From the NCBI GenBank assembly GCA_028279805.1, contig JANQMZ010000007.1:300001-332000 (forward strand): a stretch of 32,000 bases of DNA, read 5' to 3'. Below, one piece after another: positions 25,907-32,000 of the stretch; position 1 is the stretch's first letter; each line of letters begins with the position of its first letter. The translations under genes and the position numbers were made by a program. Below the pieces are notes generated by a model, which saw only the letters and a program-made list of their open reading frames with translations, did not search any database and had not been told where the DNA came from. Origin of the DNA: an archaeon. GTDB taxonomy: Archaea > Iainarchaeota > Iainarchaeia > Iainarchaeales > JANQMZ01.

Positions 25907-27148
25907 TTATTTGCCTCTTCGCCTGAAAAAACCTCTTCCTTTTTTTTGCGCTCTTCCCGGATCTCGTGGAGTTCTATTTCCAGATGCCCGAAGTCTGCGT
26001 GGAGAATAATGATATTTGTGAAACCGGGTTAAATCAGCTCTAAGATCGTTTACTATCCTGTTATAAGTCCAGCCGGGATAAGCTGCGCTAAGCCCTGAAA
26101 TGCTGAAAGCATGATCCCTCACAAAACCCAAAGGCAGAGGAGAACGGGCTGTTCTGATACGGCCTCTTATACCAAGTGTTATCAATTGTTCAATAATACT
26201 TTGTTCTCTTTTACTTTGAGTCATTTCCTGCAAAAAACCTACCGGATTACCTTCAGGAGAATTTTCAGGGCGTTCTCTTAAATCAAACGGAATGTGAACC
26301 CAAATCCTTTCCTCTTTTGGATCCCTGTAAATTTTAATAACATTTCCTGAAAAAAGTTCGCCAAAATTTTGAGGTTTTGAATCTGCACCTAACACAACAG
26401 TTCTTGCTTTGACTTTTTTTCCTCTTTTCACTCTCAAAAAACGTTTTTCTGCAACCCTTGACAACGTTTCAATAGTTGTAAAAAATCTCATAGCGGCTTC
26501 GGGAGGAAGAATTGGTCTTACATCGCCCCATAATCTTAAAACAGGTTCAATCTGTCTTTTAATTTCCTCAGCAGTCAGCCCCTGAACATCTGTAAGGTTT
26601 TCCATTTTATCATAATATTTTATTAACAACGCGTCAACATGCAGGCCTGAACCCAATCCTTTAGGCCCATAATATAAGTCGTCTTTTCTTTTGTTCACAG
26701 CAAGCTTGATTCCTTCAGGAATATCTTCAGGCTGACTGTATTCATAACTTTTTGGGTCAACCCATCGCCTGTTAATATATTTTGGCTTGCTTAACAATGC
26801 AACAATATCCGCAACTTTTTTTCCGAATTCTTTTTCAAGCTGTGAATAAGAAACAGGTGTGTCCTCTAAAACATCATGCAATACAGCCGCAGAAACCATG
26901 TCTGCATCCCCACCGTCATAAGCAACTGCAAGAGCAACATTTATAGGATGCAAAACATATGGATCGCCACTACTTCTTCTTTGCCCTTCATGAGCTTCAG
27001 CTGCAAATTCAAGTGCATGCATTATTCTTCCAATATTTTCAACTTCTTCAACAGAACTTATTCTTCTTAGCTCTCGGGGCCAGTCTGTGTAAAGAGCTAT
27101 AAGCCGGTCCTCCGCTTTTCTTATCCGGATTCTGTCACTTTCAATCAT
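25907..27148 (-). CDS. RelA/SpoT-type HD-domain hydrolase (Mesh1/SAH-like) fused to an uncharacterised ~280-aa C-terminal region with an Arg-rich tail
   Basis: AHEGQRRSSGDPYVLHPINVA...AAVLHDVLEDT is the (p)ppGpp-hydrolase HD signature. I do not recognise the remainder. Confidence 0.8.
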   Translation of the reverse strand: MIESDRIRIRKAEDRLIALYTDWPRELRRISSVEEVENIGRIMHALEFAAEAHEGQRRSSGDPYVLHPINVALAVAYDGGDADMVSAAVLHDVLEDTPVSYSQLEKEFGKKVADIVALLSKPKYINRRWVDPKSYEYSQPEDIPEGIKLAVNKRKDDLYYGPKGLGSGLHVDALLIKYYDKMENLTDVQGLTAEEIKRQIEPVLRLWGDVRPILPPEAAMRFFTTIETLSRVAEKRFLRVKRGKKVKARTVVLGADSKPQNFGELFSGNVIKIYRDPKEERIWVHIPFDLRERPENSPEGNPVGFLQEMTQSKREQSIIEQLITLGIRGRIRTARSPLPLGFVRDHAFSISGLSAAYPGWTYNRIVNDLRADLTRFHKYHYSPRRLRASGNRTPRDPGRAQKKGRGFFRRRGK

Positions 27149-27215
27149 TTAAAAAAAACCGCCTTAAAAGAAGTGTTAAGTCATAATATTTAAGGATTTG
27201 GTGAGTTTAAAGGGG

Positions 27216-27225
27216 CTTTTAAAAG
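27216..27225 (+). promoter_or_regulatory. TATA-like CTTTTAAAAG positioned for a leaderless antiporter mRNA
   Basis: The box is centred about 27 nt upstream of ATG 27248, and there is no SD-like sequence in between. Confidence 0.3.
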
Positions 27226-27247
27226 CATTTTCTTGGATTTTTTAATA

Positions 27248-28201
27248 ATGCTTGAAATCTTATTCCTGATTATAGGCATAATTGGGTTATTTGCAGGAGC
27301 AGAACTTGTAATTGAAGCTGCTAAAAAATTTGCAACAGCTTTGCATTTAAACGAATTAATTGTCGGCTTAACATTGGTTGCAATTGGCACCAGTTTGCCT
27401 GAAATTGCGGTGAACATGGCAGCCGGTTTTAGTCAGGCTGGTGGAATTGAAACATCAGGAATTGCTGTAGGCAATATCATTGGTTCGCAAATTTCCAACA
27501 TTACATTGATTTTGGGAATACTTGGCTTGCTGGCAGTTTTGCAGATTTCAAAAAGAGAACTGGTTCATGACGGGGCAATGATGGTTTTTGCATTTGCTGC
27601 ATTTATGGCAGCAGCTTTTGACAAAGTTTTAACATTTGGCGAGGGAATTTTGCTTGTATTGATTTATTTATTGTATATTGTTTATTTGGGAAAAAGAAAC
27701 AGTGTAATGAAAACAGGCCCCAAAAGCACGGAAAAAATAAATCCTTTAATTCAGCTGGCTTTTTTGCTGGGAGGAATAGGGTTGGTTATTTTTGCATCAG
27801 ATTTGGTTGTAGCAAACGGAGTTGTAATTGCAACACAAATTGGAATAAATGAATTTATCATCGGATTACTGGTAGGATTGGGAACCAGTTTGCCGGAACT
27901 GGCAATAACAGTAAATGCTGTCAGAAACGGTGCAAAAAAAATGGCTATAGGAAATTTGCTTGGAAGCAATATTGCGAATCCTTTGCTGGCACTTGGTTTG
28001 GGAATGATGGCAGTCGGCCCTGTTAACAATTTTACAATTGAAGAAGCAGCATTAGGATTTGGTGTACCGTACTGGCTGCTGGCAACATTAATCGTTTTAA
28101 CATTTTTATGGCAAAAAAACGGCATTACAAGAATAAAAGCTGTATTTTTAATTGGAGCATACATTGCTTTTCTGGCTTTACAGACATTTTTACTCTCATA
28201 A
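27248..28201 (+). CDS. Ca2+/cation (Na+/Ca2+) antiporter, CaCA / YrbG-NCX family
   Basis: Two alpha-repeat signatures, GTSLPEIAV and GTSLPELAI, with about 10 TM segments. The track start TTG 27233 is possible but ATG 27248 is preferred. Confidence 0.88.
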   Translation: MLEILFLIIGIIGLFAGAELVIEAAKKFATALHLNELIVGLTLVAIGTSLPEIAVNMAAGFSQAGGIETSGIAVGNIIGSQISNITLILGILGLLAVLQISKRELVHDGAMMVFAFAAFMAAAFDKVLTFGEGILLVLIYLLYIVYLGKRNSVMKTGPKSTEKINPLIQLAFLLGGIGLVIFASDLVVANGVVIATQIGINEFIIGLLVGLGTSLPELAITVNAVRNGAKKMAIGNLLGSNIANPLLALGLGMMAVGPVNNFTIEEAALGFGVPYWLLATLIVLTFLWQKNGITRIKAVFLIGAYIAFLALQTFLLS

Positions 28202-28282
28202 AAAGCCAAAATTCTTTTTTTTTGAACATAAACATATTTTTAAAAAAAAATACATTCAACTGTTTTTAAGAGAGTTGGTTGA

Positions 28283-29758
28283 ATGGCAACCCAGTTATTG
28301 AAATTTAAGCGTTCTTTGTCTGAAATAACAAAAGTTGAAAAAATTTTAGGCTGGGGACAATTATGCTACAAGGACAAAAGCATTAGAAGAAAATTTAAAG
28401 AAAAAGAATTATGGGAAATTGTTGAATTGCGTAACGGGGAAAAAATTTTTTTATGCAAACAGTTTCCTCCTTTAACAAAAAAAGAAGCATTGTTTTTGAG
28501 AAGCGTTTTAAAAATTTACCAGTTAAAAGAACAAAAAAACAGTGTTGAAAAAACCCTGCAAAAATACTGCAAAAGCAAATTAATTGAACTGGATGAAGAA
28601 CAAAAAAAATATTTTTTAAAAATACTTCATTCACTTACATCAGGTTTTGGTCCTTTAAATTCAATAATGAAAAACACTGAACTGGAAGAAATTGCACTGG
28701 TGGGATTAGGCAAAACAAAACCGGTATATGTTTACCACATTTCATTCGGCTGGCTGAAAACAAATATTTACATTTCAAAAGAAGATTTTGCCTTAAGCCT
28801 GATAAACAAAATGGCACGTTCAACTGGAAGAAGAATTTCAACACAATACCCCAAACTTGATGCAATTCTTCCAAACGGTTCAAGATTAAATGCAACAATT
28901 CCCCCTTTTTCCGTTAAAGAGCCGACTTTTACAATAAGAAAATTTAATTCTGTTAAGTTTTCTCCAAGCGCTTTATGCAAAAACAATACTTTTACAACAC
29001 AAACTCTTGCATTTTTGTGGATGGCAATAGAATCAGATTGTTCATTTATGATTTGCGGCAATACTGGTTCGGGAAAAACAACAAGCCTGAATGCATTATT
29101 TTGTTTTGTGCCAAAAGAAGACAGAATTGTTGTGGCAGAAGACACACCTGAACTTTTTGTTCCGCACAAACATGTTGCAAGGCTGGCAAGCGAAGAAAAA
29201 ATGAACATAACAATGCAGGATTTAATCATAAATTCTTTAAGAATGAGGCCGGACAGAATTATTGTAGGAGAAATAAGGAAAAAAAAGGAAGTTGAAGCTT
29301 TTATTGAAACACTGCTTGCGGGACAGGGAAAAGGCTCTTATGCAACATTTCACTCCAATTCAGCACAGGAAGCTGTTAAAAGAATGAAAATGCTGGGAAC
29401 AAGTGAAATGGATTTGGAGGCTCTTGATTTAATAATAGTTCAGAAAAGGCATACAATTATTGATAAAAAAACACGGATGAGAAAAGAAAAAAGAAATGTT
29501 CTCGAAGTAACAGAAATATTGCCAGGCAAAAAAGGAGTCAGGCTAAACACGTTATACGAATACGATTTTTCAAAAAATTTTCTTAAAGCAAAAAACAAAA
29601 GCAAAAAAGTGAAAAGAAAAATTTTAAGCTCTTTTTCTTTAAACGAAAAAGAATTAAACAAGGAATTAAAAAAGAGGGAAAAATTTTTGGAAAAATTGAC
29701 ATCAGAAAAAGACAATCTTGAAATATTTTTTGAAAAAGCTTCAGGTGATTTGAATTAA
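28283..29758 (+). CDS. type IV filament / secretion ATPase (FlaI / TadA / VirB11 superfamily)
   Basis: Walker A CGNTGSGKTT, Asp box VVAEDTPEL, Walker B PDRIIVGEIR, His box TFHSNS, and a Lys-rich ~60-aa C-terminal extension. Confidence 0.9.
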   Translation: MATQLLKFKRSLSEITKVEKILGWGQLCYKDKSIRRKFKEKELWEIVELRNGEKIFLCKQFPPLTKKEALFLRSVLKIYQLKEQKNSVEKTLQKYCKSKLIELDEEQKKYFLKILHSLTSGFGPLNSIMKNTELEEIALVGLGKTKPVYVYHISFGWLKTNIYISKEDFALSLINKMARSTGRRISTQYPKLDAILPNGSRLNATIPPFSVKEPTFTIRKFNSVKFSPSALCKNNTFTTQTLAFLWMAIESDCSFMICGNTGSGKTTSLNALFCFVPKEDRIVVAEDTPELFVPHKHVARLASEEKMNITMQDLIINSLRMRPDRIIVGEIRKKKEVEAFIETLLAGQGKGSYATFHSNSAQEAVKRMKMLGTSEMDLEALDLIIVQKRHTIIDKKTRMRKEKRNVLEVTEILPGKKGVRLNTLYEYDFSKNFLKAKNKSKKVKRKILSSFSLNEKELNKELKKREKFLEKLTSEKDNLEIFFEKASGDLN

Positions 29759-30542
29759 AATACTTGAATTAATTGAAAAAAAATTAAAAAAAGCAAATGT
29801 TAAAGAAAAACCGAAAGAATTTTTCAGAAAAATTTTCCTCATTTCATTCTTTTTTTCAGTTATAATTTTTGTTTCACTATGGGCAATTGAAATTGCAATA
29901 AATACTGCGTTGATTTTTTCATTTTTTTCATTTGTATTTGTTTCCCTGTTTTTGTTATGGATTCCCAGAATAAAAAAAAGAAAAATGCAGGAAAAATTTG
30001 AAAAACACCTGCCTTTTGCCTTAGTGGATCTGGCAATAACCGTTGATTTGGGAATGGGATTTGAAGAAAGCATGGAAAAAGTTTCAAAAAAAAATTACGG
30101 AATGGCAAGCAAAGAATTTTCAAAAATAGTTAAAAGTGTTAAAGAGAAAGGAGCTACACTTGAACAAGCTTTAAAGGAGATGAGCAGAAGAATTGATTCA
30201 CTGAATGCAAGAAGAGTTGCATCACAGCTTGACCAGATTTATTTAATGAGTGACACAAAAGGAGGAGAACAGCTCAGAATTTTTGCAGCAGAATTGATGA
30301 ATTCGCAGAAAAACCAGGCCAAAGCTTTTTCAGGAAAAACCGCCTTTTATGCACTATTGTTTGTGGCTTTTTCTGCTTTAGTGCCGGCATTATTTCAGGC
30401 TTTCCTAGTGGCAGGCTCTCTTTTACTGGAAATAAATATTAAGCCATTGCAAGCTTTGGCTTTGATTATAGTGGGTTTTCCGGCTGCAAACATTTTAATT
30501 TTAGGATTAATATGGAGCAAAACACCGGAGTTTTTGAAATGA
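29754..30542 (+). CDS. half-size type IV filament platform protein (TadB/TadC / EpdJ-K-like, single T2SS-F domain); start codon uncertain
   Basis: The frame is open from 29754, and the first canonical start is TTG 29910, inside a predicted TM helix. The paralog's architecture supports the longer form. The cytoplasmic helical domain LPFALVDLAITVDLGMGFEESMEKV...GATLEQALKEM is flanked by TM pairs. Confidence 0.7.
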   Translation: MKILELIEKKLKKANVKEKPKEFFRKIFLISFFFSVIIFVSLWAIEIAINTALIFSFFSFVFVSLFLLWIPRIKKRKMQEKFEKHLPFALVDLAITVDLGMGFEESMEKVSKKNYGMASKEFSKIVKSVKEKGATLEQALKEMSRRIDSLNARRVASQLDQIYLMSDTKGGEQLRIFAAELMNSQKNQAKAFSGKTAFYALLFVAFSALVPALFQAFLVAGSLLLEINIKPLQALALIIVGFPAANILILGLIWSKTPEFLK

Positions 30543-31432
30543 ATTTTGATATGAATGCACTGGACCTGTTTTCAAAAAAACTTGAATCAAACAACAAAAC
30601 GCTTGAAGAATTTGCTGAAAAAAATTTATGGCTGTCTGTTTTTCTTGCACTGGTTACAGCCAGTCTTATGAGTTTTACAGGATTTGGATTGTTTGAAATT
30701 GTTATGACCGCATTGTTTGCAATTGTTTTTGTTTTTGCGTTAAGCATCGGACTTGAAATTCAAAAATTTGAATCAAAAAAAGCATTAAAAGAAAAACTGG
30801 TTGTGGATTTTTTGCTGGACGCATCAATAATGCCAAAAGGAACATCTTTTGAAAAAATTCTGGAAAATTCTTCAAAAGAATACGGGTTGCTGGGAAAAGA
30901 ATTTGCAAAAGTTTATGAAATGATAAAAAAAGGGGCAAGCGTTGAAGAATCATTAAAAGAATTTAACAACAGGAATGACAGCAAGGTTTTGGAAAGAGTT
31001 GCAGAATTGTTGCTGATGTTTTATTCCTCAGGAGCAGATATGGCTGAATCTTTTAAAAAAACAGCCGAAGACATTTTAAAAACGCAGAATATTTTAAGCC
31101 AGAAAAATGCTTCAATTGTTGTTCAAAAATACACAGTTTTATTTGCAGGAGGATTAATTGTTCCGCTGGTTTTGGGTTTGCTGTCTTCAATGTCACAGGG
31201 TTTTGATTTTAATGCTTTAAATTTTTTATTTGAAACCAAAACCATTATGGAAAGAGAACAGCTTCTTGAAACACTTTTGCTTGCAAACAAAATATACATA
31301 GCAGAATACGCAATAATTGCAGGAACATTTTTGGGATTGCAGGAAAATTCTGTGGGAAAAGGAATATTGTACGGGCTTGTGCTTATACCCGTTGGATTAA
31401 TTGTATACTTTTTAGCAGGGAGTTTGATATAA
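30539..31432 (+). CDS. second half-size platform protein (TadB/TadC / EpdJ-K-like)
   Basis: ATG 30539 forms an ATGA overlap with the upstream stop; track start 30512 is the alternative. Two N-terminal TM segments, a cytoplasmic domain ...GASVEESLKEF..., and C-terminal TM segments. Confidence 0.8.
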   Translation: MNFDMNALDLFSKKLESNNKTLEEFAEKNLWLSVFLALVTASLMSFTGFGLFEIVMTALFAIVFVFALSIGLEIQKFESKKALKEKLVVDFLLDASIMPKGTSFEKILENSSKEYGLLGKEFAKVYEMIKKGASVEESLKEFNNRNDSKVLERVAELLLMFYSSGADMAESFKKTAEDILKTQNILSQKNASIVVQKYTVLFAGGLIVPLVLGLLSSMSQGFDFNALNFLFETKTIMEREQLLETLLLANKIYIAEYAIIAGTFLGLQENSVGKGILYGLVLIPVGLIVYFLAGSLI

Positions 31433-31453
31433 AAAATAATTACACAAATTCTT

Positions 31454-31508
31454 GGACACGCCGGCGGACTCCGGCGACACGTCCGCAGGTGCTGTCTAAA
31501 GACAGCAC
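31454..31508 (+). other. GC-rich hairpin cluster after the platform genes (terminator or small structured RNA element)
   Basis: CGCCGG (31459-64) pairs with CCGGCG (31471-76). Alternative pairing: GCGGAC (31464-69) with GTCCGC (31481-86). A separate hairpin pairs GTGCTGTC (31489-96) with GACAGCAC (31501-08) around a TAAA loop. Confidence 0.4.
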
Positions 31509-31569
31509 ATAAATTCAATTGATTTTCAAATAAATTTATTAATTGCTTTTGCGTAAGATATGTGATTTT

Positions 31570-32000
31570 ATGAAAATACAGCAGAATGGATTCGCAATTG
31601 AATTTGTTGAAAAAAAGAAAAAAAACATGCAGAATTATACTTTAATTGAGGGTTTTCCGGGAGCAGGCTTGGTTGGAACAATCAGTTCAAAGTTTCTGGT
31701 TGAAAAAATGGGTTTTGAAAAAATCGGTTTTGTTCATTCAAACGCATTTATTCCCATTATAAGAATTCATAAGGGAAAACCGATTAGGCCTATTCGCATT
31801 TATATTAATGATAAGCTGAAAATTGTTGCACTTGTTTCTGAGCAAATTATTCCCACATTGATTGTTGACAGGCTTGCAAAATCCCTGGTTTCATGGGCTG
31901 AAGAAAAAGGAATCAAAAGAGTCATTTCTTTGGCGGGAATAAAAAATGCTGAAGGCTCAAAAGAAAAAATTTACGGAATAAGCTGTTGTGCAAAAGAAAC
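31570..32000 (+). CDS. PAC2-family (proteasome assembly chaperone-like) protein, 3' end beyond the window
   Basis: My own translation gives MKIQQNGFAIEFVEKKKKNMQNYTLIEGFPGAGLVGTISSKFLVEKMGFEKIGFVHS..., and the LIEGFPG.G.VG block is typical of archaeal PAC2 proteins. The ORF runs off the window. Confidence 0.75.
   Translation, partial: MKIQQNGFAIEFVEKKKKNMQNYTLIEGFPGAGLVGTISSKFLVEKMGFEKIGFVHSNAFIPIIRIHKGKPIRPIRIYINDKLKIVALVSEQIIPTLIVDRLAKSLVSWAEEKGIKRVISLAGIKNAEGSKEKIYGISCCAKE

Noticed and set aside
27751-28209. 152-aa minus-strand ORF, plus 27190-27417, overlapping the antiporter gene
   Set aside because: They are antisense to a CDS with two clear GTSLPE alpha-repeat signatures, and the peptides have no independent support.
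29744-29760. Programmed +1 frameshift fusing the ATPase to the first platform protein
   Set aside because: The shift would have to occur exactly on AAT-TAA with poor re-pairing (AAU to AUU). ATPase-platform fusions are not a known architecture. Reinitiation on a near-cognate codon or a sequence error is more economical.
1-32000. CRISPR arrays, transposases, integrases, prophage blocks, toxin-antitoxin pairs or classic defence-system genes
   Set aside because: I found no spaced direct repeats, no DDE/tyrosine-recombinase-like ORFs and no nuclease-NTPase defence pairings. The Lhr-MPE pair reads as DNA repair rather than defence.

Overview
AT-rich, very gene-dense window: about 30 CDS, several 4-nt ATGA start/stop overlaps, and convergent genes separated by 0-2 nt. 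Hand-counted 60-nt samples range from 18/60 to 30/60 G+C. Archaeal hallmarks are present: RFC small subunit, an NreA-like repair protein, a FlaI/TadA-type ATPase with two half-size platform genes, a PAC2 chaperone, and BRE/TATA-like promoters with GGAGG/AGGTG Shine-Dalgarno sites. These sit beside bacterial-type genes (MetK, a SpoT-like HD hydrolase, a lysozyme-like domain). Together this suggests a small-genome DPANN-type archaeon (inference). The left half (1-16.9 kb) carries replication/repair genes (NreA, RFC, Lhr helicase plus a PdeM-like phosphoesterase), PyrG, a CDP-alcohol phosphatidyltransferase, a tRNA-binding-domain protein, a TraB-PHP pair, MetK, an amidinotransferase-fold enzyme and one large DUF2341/LamG surface protein. 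The right half (16.9-31.4 kb) carries an orphan GC-rich structured RNA candidate and a 3-gene operon of Ig-repeat surface proteins with signal peptides and C-terminal anchors. It also holds two secreted proteins (one with a lysozyme-like C-terminal domain), a TrxB-like reductase lacking the NADPH motif, an HD hydrolase with an unknown C-terminal half, a CaCA antiporter and a minimal Epd/Tad-like type IV filament module. I saw no CRISPR array, rRNA, convincing tRNA, transposase or integrase. The best novelty candidates are the unclassified structured RNA (16909-17100) and the adhesin/lytic-enzyme/pilus neighbourhood, which could be a host-contact toolkit. All functional calls rest on motif recognition from memory, not on database searches.
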